This document shows positions 1-13,200 of a stretch of DNA of 64,000 bases, one piece after another (positions within the stretch are counted from its first letter, which is position 1; the number at the start of each line of letters is the position of its first letter). The translations under genes and the position numbers were made by a program. Source of the DNA: Heteronotia binoei (Eukaryota); NCBI RefSeq assembly GCF_032191835.1, contig NC_083225.1:40982001-41046000 (forward strand), given 5' to 3'. Below the pieces are notes generated by a model. The model searched no databases. It saw nothing but the letters and a program-made list of their open reading frames with translations, and was not told the origin of the DNA.

Positions 1-179
1 CTATTGACATACTAAACATAGAGGCAGAGCTGGAGGTCTGGGAAGTGACATTTGTCCCTTCTTCTAAAAGAGCAAGACAAGTCCCAGAGGTGGTTGCCCT
101 GCATATTGACAGTAGTCAGGCCAGTCTCTTCTTCTGATATTGCTGCTAACTAGGAGATATGTCCCAGCAGCGTTGTCAG

Positions 180-385
180 CATTGTTCCCTCTAAGCTGAG
201 TTAGTGCAAGCTAGCTCACAGTTTTTTAGGCTGCAGCTCACACATTTTTGTTTTAGCTCAGGAAGGATGGCTCCAGTGCAAACTAATCTATGCAGCAGCC
301 AAATCGCTCACTCACAACTTTAATGCCAGTAGCTCACAAAGTAGAATTTTAGCTCACAAGGCTCTGTAGCTTAGAGGGAACATTG
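180..385. mobile_element. hAT-type MITE (TIR CAWTGTTCCCTCTAAGCT)
   Basis: Terminal inverted repeats; perfect 8-bp TSD GTTGTCAG (172-179, 386-393). Sister copy at 38492-38685. Confidence 0.9.
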
Positions 386-894
386 GTTGTCAGTACAGCT
401 CACCTTGCACCAGGGTGTCAGTGGATTAGGTCTGGGAAGTTGGCCCATAACTGTACTCCATTTGCTTGCCCTTCTACTTCTTGCTTAGAGGCCACAGAAG
501 CTAGTTCTGAACCTTCAGTCCTAGAATCAGGCAGGGCTTCAGGTTGTCTAGATTCAAACCTAGAAGAACACATTTAATTGGCTATAGGTAGTGGAGTGGT
601 GGTCACACACTGGCAGTCAGACTCAGGGCCAAAGTAGATAGTCTGGTGTTTTCAAGTCCAGCTTGGGAACTTGCTGCCATTTTGGATTTGGGTATACTCA
701 CTGTCTTTTTACAGCACTGTGGGGGCCTGATTCTGTTTTGGGACCACCATGGTACAGAGGGAGGAGAGACTTCTGCCTCCTGTGCTGTTTTCCTAAGCTG
801 AAATGGCTCTCACTGGCAAAACTTTTGAATTGTTTTGGGAAGGTTATTAGTCAGGGCTTTTTTTTTCAGGAAAAAGAGGTGCCAGAAGCCTCTG

Positions 895-2203
895 CAGTGG
901 TGTCAGACTCATTTGTTATGAGGGCCAGATCTGACATAAATGCAGGCCCGTAGCTAGAAAAGTTTTGGTTGGGGGGGGCCCTCCACAGAATAAAATTTCG
1001 GTTGGAGGGGCCCCCCTGCTCTCACGGCCCCTGCTTTCTCTACTGCTGCTTTTCTGGCAGCCTCCATCTCTCTGCTGCTCTGGCATCCCCCGCCCCCTCT
1101 ATGGCGCCTCCCCCTCCCTTCCTCCCTCCCACCCTGTGAAGTGCCGGCTCCTCCTGGGACTCTTTCCATGCCCCTCCCCACGATCACGCTGATTGTGGGA
1201 AAAGCCACGGGAAGGCCGGCGCTCCTCTGCCGGCCTTCCAGCGCTCTCCGGAGTTATAGCACTGGGGCAGTGGCAGAAGGAAGCACCAGCAAGCCCTGCA
1301 AAAGCGCCTGTTGCCTCTGCTGCTTCCTCTCCACTTCCCTCCCATGCAATCGGGGAGCGGAGGCACTGGGTGCTTTTTCAGCAGTGGAGGTGGCAGGCAC
1401 TTTTGCAGGGCTAAAGTTCTGGAGAGCGCTGGAAGGCCGGCAGAGGAGCGCCAGCTTCCCCGCGGCTTTTCCCTTGATTGGCGTGATTGGCAGGGGGGAC
1501 CTGGAAAGAGCCTCAGGAGGAGTGGTGCTTCACGGGGTGGGAGGGAGGGAGGAAGGGGGAGGTGCGGCACAGAGGGGAGTGAGGGCCGCGAGATCCATAC
1601 TAGTCAAAAGAGGGGCCATACTAGTCAAAGGGGGTTTTATGGAGGGTCTGGGTCCTCCGCCCCCGTGGCTATGGGCCTGCATAAATGAGACCTTGTCGGA
1701 CCAGGCCATTTAAGATTAGGTAACAGATATATAAACTTTATAAAGGTCACAGACAAACACAATTACATTTTTTTAAAAAACCCCTTAAAATAAAACATTC
1801 TTAAAACATTCACACTCGTTGGTCCTAAAGGTACTTTCTTTGTATTTCTCCCGGGGGATCCAGGGATCCTCCCTCCTCAGGGACCCAGGAGGGGGAGGAC
1901 CCTCAGCCAATAGAAGGAAGAAAGGCTTGGCTTAGTAGCTCTGCTGTGCAATTGAAAGAACTTGGCAAAGCACGCTTTGCTTCCCCTCCTTCCTCCCCAA
2001 GGGAGGAGCCTCAGCCAATGGATAAAATCAAGGTTTTGCTCTGTAGGTCCTGTGTGATTGAGCAAGCCTGGCAAAGCAAGCTGTTATGCTGAAGGAAGCA
2101 AGAGAGAGGGAGAAGGAAGCAGATGACAGCCAGTTGCTTGGGGGCCTGATAGGATCCCTTCAGGGGCCTGATTCAGCCCCGGGCTGCCTGTTTTACACCC
2201 CTG
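895..2203. mobile_element. hAT/Charlie-like non-autonomous element (CAGTGGTGTCAGAC...TTTTACACCCCTG)
   Basis: Imperfect TIRs. The body is continuous across the 943-1679 insertion (gacataaatg|agacc). No clean TSD. Confidence 0.55.
943..1679. mobile_element. hAT-type non-autonomous element (TIR CAGGCCCRTAGC) with an internal ~450-bp GC-rich palindrome (~1110-1560)
   Basis: Perfect 8-bp TSD CATAAATG (935-942, 1680-1687). Arms such as gccggccttccagcgctctcc / ggagagcgctggaaggccggc are reverse complements. Confidence 0.88.
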
Positions 2204-2520
2204 CTCAAGAGGGAAATGAAGAAGAAACACACAGGTACTATGAATTTTTAAACTTTTTTTTTTTATTCTCTCCCTTCCCCCCCAAAAGAGGCTCTGAACT
2301 CCATTCTATTGCGTTCTTCTAGAAAAAAGTCCTGGAAAGACGAACAAAAAACAGCTGTGTCTTTGTGATTGTTTCATTGCTCCTGTATCCACTTTCGTAA
2401 GACTGACATCTGTCATGCAGCCCTCAATATTGTAGGTGTGAATTGCCAAGGCAGGCAGTGAAGGATGGGGTACTTTCACTAGGATTTGGTCTCAAATCTC
2501 TTTGCTGTGAGTTCTAAAGG

Positions 2521-2630
2521 AGTCAGCTGTGTTAGTCTGTTGCTGCAAAATAGTAAAGAGTCCAGTAGCACCTTAAAGACTAAAAAAATTGTTGTAGCAT
2601 AAGCTTTCATGAAACACATCTCTATTTGTC
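2521..2630 (-). mobile_element. Penelope-like terminal-repeat fragment
   Basis: gagtccagtagcaccttaaagact...aagctttcatg is shared with 22290-22400, 25750-25880, 29915-30030 and 38400-38485. Confidence 0.6.
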
Positions 2631-3579
2631 AAATCTCTCTGCTGTGAGGTAACTTTCCAAAAATTAACTCAGGCTTGAAAGTGATTGTGGGGGATAGCAG
2701 AATATAAATTGGATACATAAACAAATAATGATGCAACCTAACCTGAAAGAATAAGTTGGGTACCACAAAGTCTCTTGGGAGGTTAAGCAACTGAGAAATC
2801 CCCTTTCCTTGCAATAGTGTGAGACCACTGAGTGTCACAGTTGAGTGAGTGGGAAGCTACTAATCTAATCCTGCACAGAAGATGCACAATACAGATTTTT
2901 TTAACATTCTCCCAACCCTATTTTATCTCCCAGTCCCAGCTTGAGGAAATTTATCTCTCAACTTCCGTGTTTTCCTTTTAAATTTCAGATTTTTTTTTTT
3001 TTTAAAAGACTGCTGCCCAATTGTTCTTGGTTTTTCTGGTTCCTGTAGGTGCCGAATGTGCTCCATGTTTGTTGAGCCATTTTTAAATTTATTAATATTT
3101 TTTCTGTTTACATGGGGTGTTTCTCAGAAATGCCTACTTTGTCTATTAGGTTTGCGATTAGGAGTAATGATTGAAGTACAGTACTTTGTTGGTTTCTTTG
3201 TTGTTCAGAGAGAGTAACAAAGGAACAGGAATAAGAAATAGGGTAATGCAGAAAAATCAGAATGTTTCCCAAGTTTTAAAATTAATATTATGATATTGCA
3301 GTATTTATGTCTTGCTGTATGTGATTGTTGCAGACTGTTACGTGGTTGAATGTGTGTATAATTGGGGTACTAAAACAGAAAATGCTCCTTGGGGAGTAAA
3401 GATGATGGACTGCTACAGTCTGAGGGAGCACTGAGTTGAGCTGAGTACAAAGTAAAAGTGAGAAGTAGCTGTCCCCTGACCCAGCCCTGAAATTGCTAGT
3501 CTAGCCATGGATAGGGTTGGAAGAAGATCCTCCATGTAGACTGCTATGAAGGAGGGAAGTGGTCCTCACCAGAAGCTTT

Positions 3580-3900
3580 TGCTGTTCTGTTTTTGCCATC
3601 AAGTTGTAGCTGACTTATGGTGACCCTGTAGGGCAGGGGTGGCCAACGGTAGCTCTCCAGATGTTTTTTGCCTACAACTCCCATCAGCCCCAGCCATTGG
3701 CCATGCTGGCTGGGGCTGAAGGGAGTTGTAGGCAAAAAACATCTGGAGAGCTATTGTTGGCCACCCCTGCTGTAGGGTTTTCAAGGCAAGAGACATTCCA
3801 AGATGATTTGCCATTGTCTGCCTTTGCATCACAACCCCAGTATTCTTTGTGGTCTCCCATCGAAATACTGACCAGGGCCAACCCTGCTTAGATTCTGAGT
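3580..3900 (-). mobile_element. 5S rRNA-derived SINE with RTE-like 3' tail, interrupted by a MITE
   Basis: The reverse complement of ggtctcccatcgaaatactgaccagggccaaccctgcttag resembles the 5S internal promoter region. 3' part resembles RTE-type tails. Confidence 0.6.
3634..3769. mobile_element. Palindromic hAT-type MITE (TIR CAGGGGTGGCCAA)
   Basis: Near-perfect 136-bp hairpin; perfect TSD CTGTAGGG (3626-3633, 3770-3777). Confidence 0.92.
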
Positions 3901-6216
3901 TCCCTTCTGTCCCAATTCCCTTCTGTCCAAGTAGTCAACGGATTTGCTAATTAAACAACAAAGATTTTTTTTTATGTTTTGGGAGACATTTAATTAAATT
4001 AGATAACTGTTCCTGTGATTGCCAAGTATCAATGAAGAGATTTGCTTACTTGTTGATAAATGAGGCACTGAGAAAGTATAACCCCTGTGCCTCTCACTTA
4101 CAGTTACCCACATTTTTTTCCCCGGCCTTGCTTCTGCACTTTCTGACGCACAAATATTAAACAAGTAAAGCTTCTCCCTATGCTTCCTCCCATGTTAGGA
4201 AATGTATCACCTTAATTCAGGCAGCTGTAAAAAGGTAAAGATGCAGCTTACTTTTTAAAAAGTTGGTAACCTTATACTTGCCCCTGTCTTGTTCAGAGAG
4301 ATCTGTTAGGTCAAGAAAAGAATTGGGTGGCTGGGGGTATATGTGTGAGGGTGGTATATGAGTACTAGTGATAAAAAAGAGTTCCTTTCACTCCTGGCTT
4401 TTTGATAAGATAAAGGTTGACTAGTTAATTATTAGATTCCTGTAAATTTCTAAAGAATTAGGGAATATCTGCTGCATTTGGAGCTTTATGCCTATGGTTT
4501 GGTTACAATCCATCTAGCAATTTAAATTTTTTATTTTCCTTCTGTATGTTCAATTAATATGGAATTTTAAAGTTTTAAGTGATTAAATAATACTTCAGAA
4601 GTTGTTTAGTTAAAAGCGATGTATTGACATCTGTAGTATCTCAAATGTATGCAGAAATTTTATATGACTTTGTATATAAATATATAATAAAACATACAAA
4701 TAGACTATAGTCCAACCCCGCTCCTTTCCCACCTCGAAGAGATTCCCAGGGAATGCTGCATTGTTTTTTGTGTTACAGATTTCTCTTGAAGACTGCACCT
4801 TCACCATGAAGGTTTGATATGCACATTCAAGGCAGCAGTCTGTATTTCAGGTTTAAAGACCAGCTTGATCCACTTTCCCCATTTTCAAACTAAGGGGTGG
4901 AGTTCACAATCAGTTGCAATAAACATCTCATGTTTCTTAAACTTTCTTAAACTTCTTGCATATACTGTGATTTAAATTTTAATCAAATGGGATCCTAATG
5001 CCTACAATAGAGTGATCTGTCTGTCTGTCTGTCTTCTATCTATTTATCTTCTATCTCCTGTAATCTAAATCCAGTGGCTACATTTCTACTTAATTTTAAT
5101 ATTTTGACTACAGAACTATTTAGGCCTTCTCTTTGTTTGTGTTCCTAGATATTTTGTTATCTTTGAGAGTCTGGTTGATTTCTACCTGACTGTAACAAAT
5201 ACTTCAAAAGAACTTGCCATTAAGCATCATCTTAACTCCATCTGTTTATTTTACTACTGTTTGTCTTGGACTACTGCTGTGGAAAAAGGAAACAGCTACA
5301 TTTCAGATGACTGGTTTTATTTTTATACATATATATGCATAAATATTTTCCCATTCCTAATTATTTAAAATGCCAGCTGCTTCCTGAGAAATTTTTGTCC
5401 TTAAAATAAAAAAAAAATTAAGCTTTCTTAAACTTTGTCAAGCCTAGCTCTTTTAGACATGGTGGGCAGACTTTCTCTGGCTATTGCTCGGAGCTTGCTG
5501 TAAAACATCCCCCGCCCACAAAAAACACCAGTGTGATTGACAATTGCTCATGTGAATAAGGATAAGAATGAGTTGGGAAATGAAATGTAAGCCTGCTTAA
5601 ATAATTCTCAAGATTTTTTGGTTCACGTGTAGTGATATTGAACTCTTCAGTCATAGGCTTTAATTTGTGTGCGGTGCTGACCTGATGCTGTGTAGGGACT
5701 CTGGCTGCATCCCTTCATTCAATTCACTCTAATTATCACCAACTTCCTGGGGAGCCTGCTTAGATTGAACTGGCCGTGAATGTTTGTTGTTAAGTACTAA
5801 GATATTAGACTACCCTGGTTACATTTAACAAAGTAGTTTTAGGTTCTAAATTTACATATAAATTGTCAGTGTAGTGCACTTGGATTTGTTATCTCTTTGT
5901 ATTTATTTGTCCAAATACAAACCACGGCTGGGTAGAAAACAAAATTTTAATATTGGTAGGTTTGTGTATGCCCCAGCCTCTCTTCATTATATGCTGCAAT
6001 TAAAAATAAGGTGACAGAAGGAGTGGTCTCTTATTTTTATTATAAGATTACATCTGTGTTTATTTGCACCCAAACAGTATTTTAGAAGAGGCTGTAACAT
6101 AAGATTCATTTTTAAATGATGGTATGTTGGAAATGTTTCTTTAAAGGGGGAGGTGGCACCGATCAACATTTGCTGGATGCGGATGTGTTTAAAACGTAGA
6201 CATTTTGTCTTTTCAG

Positions 6217-6330
6217 GTCCATGTGAAAATGGCGGATGAAGCAGTCTGTGTTGGCCCAGCTCCCACTAGTAAAAGCTACCTCAACATGGATGCTATCATG
6301 GAAGCCATTAAAAAAACCCGGGCCCAAGCT
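6217..6330 (+). CDS. PCCA: PCCA coding exon (114 nt, equivalent to human exon 5): [38 protein letters not shown]
   Basis: Preceded by ttttgtcttttcag, followed by gtgagt. The translation matches the biotin carboxylase N-domain of PCCA as recalled. Phase 0/0. Confidence 0.97.
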
Positions 6331-8205
6331 GTGAGTCTGAATGAGTCTCTCCTCTGCAGCTGTTTCATATATAGAAAGCAGAGAAGCTAGAGTTTGTATT
6401 TAAAGATAAAAAAAACAGGGGGGGGAGGAAATGATTGAATATGCTATTCCAGTTTAGTTCATGTCACATGAGTTAAATGTGGCCGAAATCGCTACTGGAA
6501 ATCAAAGGCTTTTGTAGCATCTGGCAGTGCCGGTCGCTGATCCTGCAGGTGGCTTCTAGATTCAGCTTTCACACCAGGGAGCAGCTTCAGTTCATTTCCA
6601 AATTTGCTGGGGGAAAAAAAATCCCAATTAGTTTTGAGCACTAACCCTTTCTGTGCCGCAGCTTCTTTTTTTTTCTCCTGGAGGTCTTTTATAATATAGA
6701 GATATTTGTTTTTGTGTTTACTTTTAAATCCAGTTTGTTTTTTTAAAATTAATGTGTGTTTATGCCCACAATGAATACTTGCATAAAGGTAAACGGTACA
6801 CCCAGTAATTATTTTTCAGTGTTTCATGTTGCTGGCAAATGCTCCTTTGGTTTAGATGGGTTGTTTTCCTCCTCTTCTTAGGTTGGATCAGAGATTCATA
6901 GTTTTTAAAATAATGGATTGCTGTTTTAAAGAAAATGATGAAAAGAATGTTTTGGGGGGCTGGTGGGGTGGGGCTGCATCAGTGAATGCAAATGTGGTGT
7001 TCAGAACTGCTGAATGCAGAATCCATCTTTAAATAAAATTCGATGGATGGGGAGTCGATCAAAACCAGCAATTACCCTGGAGTGTCTCAATTGGCATTAT
7101 CATTTCTTTTGAAATAAATGTTTCAGTGTGGTGCATTTGGAGTGGGGGGGGGAGGAGGGAGAGAAAGGGAGGAGGAAAAATAGCAAACAACATTAATTAG
7201 CTAACAGACATTGCAGATGTTTACATTGTTAGTTAAAAAGATTTAATAGAGATAAAAATAGTTCAGGCTTTCATCTTTAGTCTGCCACATATATTTCCTT
7301 AGCTGTGAGTTTACATACGATTACAAATGATGAAACTGACCCCCCCCCCCGGCCAATATTACTGTGTTGTGTAATTGCACACCATGTTATTTGTAAAAGG
7401 GGACTGCATACTGGATGCTTCATTTATTGTTGGGCTTGTAATTTCTTTTCTCTGTCATATGAATTTGGGTCTATACCATTAGCCATGGCAGTACTACTAG
7501 CTGTGTGGTTAAACTCTAGATAAGGAGAAAATTTCGGGGATGTGAGAAGCCTGCACGGAGAGAAATGTAACACGGAAAAGCTTCTGAAATGTTTTTGTTC
7601 AGTGTGAATAGAAGAGAAAACAAAATGAATCAACCTTTCTCTGTATCTTTCTTGAATATTCTCCTTCATCGGGCTGATTTGTATGGGTTGGGTTAGTTCC
7701 AGGGAAATCTGCTGAGCATCAGATATAAACCAGGTTGTTGGCACCTGTGTGGGCAGTATCAACATACCAGAGATCTGTGGCCTTGGAAGCACCTGATGTT
7801 GGCAGTCTTGTGTGCCAACAACCTGGCTTATTTGTGACTAAAAGCATGTGGAGCCCTGAACTACTAAAGCTGTTTTTTGTTTTAAATTCAGTTAAAAAGC
7901 ACCCTTATGCAGAACTGAAGTAGTGTATATTGTGTTGAGGAGCTGCAAGGTTGTTAGTTACACAGAACTCTTCATAAGACAGGGAATGGAAAGGTACTCA
8001 AAAACTTGCTTATTTTTGACCATTAAAATATTATTCTTTATCTGAGGTAGTCAGCTGACCTGCTAGGAAGAGAGTGACTCAGAATAATTGACTCTCATAT
8101 CATAATTACAAGCAAATTTATTGCCTTCAGATTTAATTACTTGATGGGATATTGTTTGAACCCAAATTGCAGATGTTTAAAGTCTATGGCTTTTTGTTTT
8201 TAAAG

Positions 8206-8259
8206 GTCCACCCAGGATATGGATTTCTTTCAGAAAACAAAGAATTTTCAAGGCGTCTG
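8206..8259 (+). CDS. PCCA: PCCA coding exon (54 nt, equivalent to exon 6): VHPGYGFLSENKEFSRRL
   Basis: tttttgtttttaaag acceptor, gtaagt donor. HPGYGFLSEN is the biotin carboxylase signature. Confidence 0.97.
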
Positions 8260-11012
8260 GTAAGTTTTTTGTTGATGTCTAAAGTTCTCCATTCTTGAGG
8301 GGAATGTGACTTCGTGTATTGTAGTGTGTACCTGCAAAGCTTCCATGATGAACCAGTCTGATCAATTTATTATGACTTTAATCACACATTAAAAATCTGT
8401 TTCACTTTCCAGTTAATTATTATTTGATGAAAAAAAGGGTATATGTAGAAGAATTTATGCAAGTCCTTGAAGGGCCTGTTGTTGTGTAAGCCACTGTCTT
8501 TATTTCCCTCTATCACACACAAAAGTTTAAAACGGATTTATTTCCAGTGTGCATAAATATGTAATCAAAACTGTGTTGGATATTTTACTACATGTGGTGG
8601 TTCTGTCTTCAACAGTAAGGGCTGAAAATTATAGAGATCAATTAAAAATAATCAATACACGTTTTAAACATTTCATTTTACTGTTGGGCTTTTTAAAGAA
8701 GTAGTTTGACTTTTGAATATATTGTGTGTATTTGGTAAGGCAAATATAATTCTTTTAAAGAACCCACAAAACATGGCCTCATAGTGAGTATTGTTTAGAA
8801 GTGGAAAATTATCTTTCACATTGAAGACAAGTTCTTGCCTTTCTTCAGGAACTTCCTAAAGATATGTTTGGGATTATAGTTTTTATTTTATCTTGTATCA
8901 TAACGTAATGTATTTGTGTGAACAGTGACTCTTATCTGTTTTGTAGATTTGGTTGAAAGGCAGTCCGTAAATATTAAATTTTGTTTTGTGTATAATCAGT
9001 TAACTTTAATGAATTGCTCTAAAAGCCATACATTAGTTTGCTTTTCTAATCAATTAACATTCATTTTTAGGTAGCTGTGTCTGAATATTTAAAGCTCAAC
9101 AGTTATAACATATTTTATATTCATCTATGGATAGGATGGTTGATTTTAGCAATAAGTAAGTAGATACATATGTTCCAAGTCTTGTTGGTGTTTACCATTA
9201 TATTATGACCCAGATACAAAAGGGTATTAAAGTGTGCAGTGCGGCTGTTCTGGGCTGGCTGCCTTCCCACTGTGAGACCCTGAAAAACTAGTCCTGAGCT
9301 CAGGAGATTGTCTGGGGAAGAATTCACTGAAGTACCAATGGTTGTAGTTGGCAGGGAAAATTGGGAAGCCTTCACCTCATAAGATGAAATGGTTACTATG
9401 TATACATAAAGTTGTCTGGATCCTAGCTGTGAGATGTGCAATATGAAACTTTAGAACAGTGAAGTTCAATATAACTTTTTTCCATTCAGTTTTTAAAGAA
9501 ATAAACATACAGACGCAACAGATAATACTGTAAGAAGAGGTTGTAAAATCAAGATGTCGAGAGAAGTCTCAAATAGCTCAAGAAATTGGATTGTGTAGTA
9601 TACAAACAAGTTCTATTTCATATGAAAGGAGTTTCCAAAGACTCTTCAGTGTGCATTTTGAAATCACAGTTTTAATCATACCCCCCCCCCCCAATGTGAA
9701 TTGTTGAAGTGGGAGCTTGATTTAAATCATTGGCTTTAATATGAACTCTGGTTCAGGAAATACTGATAAATTGGTTCCCATGACAATTAAAACATATTGG
9801 CTTGAAACTACATTGCTGTACTGTCTATGAGAATAATCCAAATGTTGTTTGATAATTAGTTATACGTGTGCATAATTTGTTCCAGTAATAAACCTGTTGA
9901 ATCATATTTAAGATGTCTGCATCTGAGGTTAAAGATGTTTTCATTTTTTTGTTTTCTTTTACATAGACCAACAGGCTTTATTTAGTGTGCTTGTCAGGTC
10001 ATTAATTTTTGTGAGATGTGAAGAAGTGAACATGTTTGTATTCAGCTTTCATTTTAATCCAGTATTTTTAAAAAGATACACAATATAGGAGAAATTTTGC
10101 AAAAATCAAGAAAAAACCCATAAAAATCCAGCTCTGATGTTTACTCCACCTTTCTGCCTTCACAAGCTTTTACAAAGTAGATTGGTTTAAGCAGAACCAC
10201 GGTATTCCAGATTTCCATATAATCTCAGAGTTTTATGCTATTTCAGAAATTTTCTTCCAGGCACTGGTTTCCAGTTGTGTCATTATGGTACTTGCAACTA
10301 ATTTGGGCCTGGCTATTTCCCCTCTAATTCTGAAGTAGTTGGATGCCAGCCACTAAGGTACCAGAAAAGAACCAGCTAGAACCATGAGGAACATTTCTGT
10401 ATCCTGGGCATGCAGAAAAAAACGTCCTTGAAAAAGGCAGAAAAACTGTGCCTGCATACTGTCATAGAATCCTGGTAGTGTGGGTGCAAGCCCTATCTAC
10501 CAGGTGGGTATTAAGATGAGGATTCATCCAAGTGTGGGTGGAAACTGAGGATGAGCTCAGGTGCGATCATGCACTCATACCCTATCTCCTAGGGTGTTTT
10601 TATTTTTTAAAGCTTACTTAGGTAGGTTGAAGCTGTGGCAGGGGTGGCTCCCTTCTTCACATGGAAGGAACGAAACAGAGAACCTCCTGTTGTCTGCAGT
10701 ACCTCAGAGGGTCGTAGGGAGCTGTGGCCTGAGCACTCTCCTTTACTACTGTTGTTTCTTCTCCTGTTTGCAGTATGACTTCCTTGTTCTTTGGCTGATG
10801 GCCGTGCTGAGGCTAATTCCAGTGTTTCCTGCCCTGATCATGGTTTCTGATCTTGGCTGTCACTTTTCTTCCTTCTGTGTCCTGCTGCTCTTACATCTCT
10901 TCCCTTGGTACCAGCTAGAACTGGTTGTGCTCTCAACTGAGTACTTTTTAAAACATACACTTAAACTTCAAAGAAGGCATACTGAGCTTTAAACAGTTCT
11001 GTAAGGGGTGGA

Positions 11013-11175
11013 NNNNNNNNNNNNNNNNNNNNNNNNNNNNNNNNNNNNNNNNNNNNNNNNNNNNNNNNNNNNNNNNNNNNNNNNNNNNNNNNNNNNNNNN
11101 NNNNNNNNNNNNNNNNNNNNNNNNNNNNNNNNNNNNNNNNNNNNNNNNNNNNNNNNNNNNNNNNNNNNNNNNNNN
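11013..11175. other. Assembly gap (163 N)
   Basis: Run of n characters. Confidence 1.
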
Positions 11176-11560
11176 CTACTCGCAAGAGGGCTCAGGGAGG
11201 GTCACAGCAATAAATTACAAAGCTAGGACAAGTAAAAATAAATGCCAACATAATTAAAATATTTAAAACAGTTTTTAAAAGTAAGTATTGTACAAATTAT
11301 AGCTCAGCAATCTTAAAGCTGGGAGCAGTTGGACCATAGCCAAAGCTATAAGAGCTTACTGGTAGCAGCACAGAGTTTAAAGCTGCAGCAAGGAGGCCAA
11401 CTGGTGGATGCCCACTGCCTCAACCAAAGGCTGGGCAGAACAGCTCTATTTTGCAGGCCCTAATCTGAATTGAGATCGTGTTGCGCCAGGCCGGGGCCAG
11501 GGCAGAAAAGGCCCCAACCCCAGCTGGTTCAAGCCACCCTGAGATCTCACAGAATTCTGG
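11176..11560 (-). mobile_element. Degraded L2 LINE 3' fragment
   Basis: The minus strand encodes AFSALAPAW...RACKIELF, the L2 ORF2 C-terminus (compare RAFSVMAPTWWNQL...RACKTTLF at 19.8 kb). Confidence 0.7.
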
Positions 11561-11865
11561 GAAAAGAAATTTAGGCATGGGGAGGAAGCTCCAAATAATT
11601 TATTGTGCTGCCCCAGTTATTCCTCAGTGCCCCACCCATCCCAACTTGTATCATAGAAATAACCAAGTAAATTTACATTAGGTGCCATTGGGAACCACAT
11701 ATTTGTCACTGAGAACTTTAATTTTAGTATCTTAGTCCAGACATTTTTGAGTATTTTTTAAAGCAACCAGAAGTTCTTGCAATAGTAGAAATCAGAAAAT
11801 GGTATGAAGAGGGGGCATACGGGTTTATGTCACAGGTCCCTATTGATGTCACAGAGTCTCACAGA

Positions 11866-12136
11866 GAAGATGATGATGATGTTGGATTTATATCCCACCC
11901 TATACCCTGAATCTTAGAGCGGTCACAATCTCCTTTACATTTCCCCCCACAACAGATACCCTTTGAGATAAGTGGGGCTGAGAGAGCTCTTACAGCAGCT
12001 GCCCTTTCAAGGACATCTACGAGAGCTATGGCTTACTCAAGGCCATTCCAGCAGCTGCAAGTGGAGGAGCGGGGAATCAAACCTGGTTCTCTCAGATAAG
12101 AGTCCGGGCACTTAACCACTACATCAAACTGGCTCT
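11866..12136 (-). mobile_element. tRNA-derived MIR/CORE-like SINE (Squam3-like) with L2-type 3' end
   Basis: Head agagccagtttgatgtagtggttaag with A/B boxes; 3' end gggatataaatcc plus (CAT)n; homologous to 24842-25100. Confidence 0.85.
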
Positions 12137-13079
12137 CCTATCCAGAGTCCCGTGAATATGATACCAATACATTCACAGTCTGCACAGCACTTTGAATCAT
12201 CTGTGTCTATATTAGCTGGGGAAAAACTTACATATTCCAAGTAACAAAATACTTGTGATCTTCAGAACTAAAAAATGAAACATCCTCACAATAGAAGCAT
12301 CACCTTGAGGTAAGGTGTCAGATCCTTGTGCAACAGAAGAAGGGATGGTGTATCTATTTTATGAAGAAACAAGTATATGGAAACGCTGTAAAATATAAAG
12401 GCAGTACATGTGCTATGTCATAAAACCTAGCTTGTGCATCACAAATCAGTATAATTGCACATATGCATTAATGTCTGCTTCCTTCAAAATTTGCAGAGCA
12501 CCGTTGTGAATGGTCTGACCTTAGGTGTAGATCCCTAAACCATGTGTATTTCTTCTCTTTCTTATTTGTCTCTTTAGTGCCCACTTTTGGCTTTTTCTAT
12601 GCCCTGTTTTTGTTCCATAATTCCCATGTTTCTTACCCCATCATGACTTCTGAGATAGGTGGGCTCTAGCAATTCCTTCCCTCTATGCTCTACTCTCCTT
12701 ACATCACTTGCCTTAGTTTTTCTCCAAGGTTTTTCATTTCTGCCCTCCCTCCTTTCCTTGATTCTGACCCTAGCTTGGTGGTGGCCTCCCTCATCTCATT
12801 GTCATCTTCCAGACATCACCTTCCCACACCCCCCAATTGGCTGGTTGTTCCCGCTCTCAGCTTGTGTATTCCTCTTTATTCATAGCTCTGTGGATGAGGA
12901 ACAGAAGGAACAAAATCCAGCCCTCCTGTCCATCAGCAAAGTAGGCTGCTTAAGCTCTGTTTAAGGATTCATTTTGTGGTCTTCCACCATATCTCCATTA
13001 ATGTTGCAAGCAGGAACATTTGAATAGTAGTAAACAAATCTTTTTTTGGTAGTAGTAAACAGTAGTAAATAGCAATAAA

Positions 13080-13200
13080 CAGGGTTTTTTTGGCCCAGCA
13101 GGAACTCATTTGCATATTAGGCTACGCGCCCCTCCCCTCCCCCAACACCAAGCCAGACGGAACTGTGTTCCTGTGCGTTCCTGCTAAAAAAAAGCCCTTG
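13080..13200. mobile_element. Short hAT-type MITE (CAGGG(C/T)TTTTT...AAAAAAAGCCCT)
   Basis: TIRs and body shared with 24353-24542 and 35956-36135; contains octamer ATTTGCAT at 13108-13115. Confidence 0.75.

Larger units (their letters stand above)
852..2334. mobile_element. Probable outer hAT-type non-autonomous element (CAGGGCTTTTTT...AAAAAAAGTCCTG)
   Basis: TIR-like ends of the same family as 24353-24542. The flanking 8-mers do not match, so pairing of the two ends is uncertain. Confidence 0.45.

Noticed and set aside
835-851. aggttattag looks like the start of the preceding PCCA exon (VIRTCKK)
   Set aside because: Poor acceptor (ttttgggaag), and the sequence beyond the TE block does not continue the peptide.
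954-1713. Several overlapping 75-190 aa ORFs on both strands
   Set aside because: By-product of a GC-rich palindromic hAT element bounded by an 8-bp TSD; no domain motifs.
6205-6390. ORF-track 61-aa ORF as a stand-alone gene
   Set aside because: It is the PCCA exon plus read-through into intron on both sides.
10200-11012. Possible TE remnant and 143-aa ORF (10561-10992) before the gap
   Set aside because: No recognisable motif or terminal structure, and the adjacent gap prevents boundary analysis.
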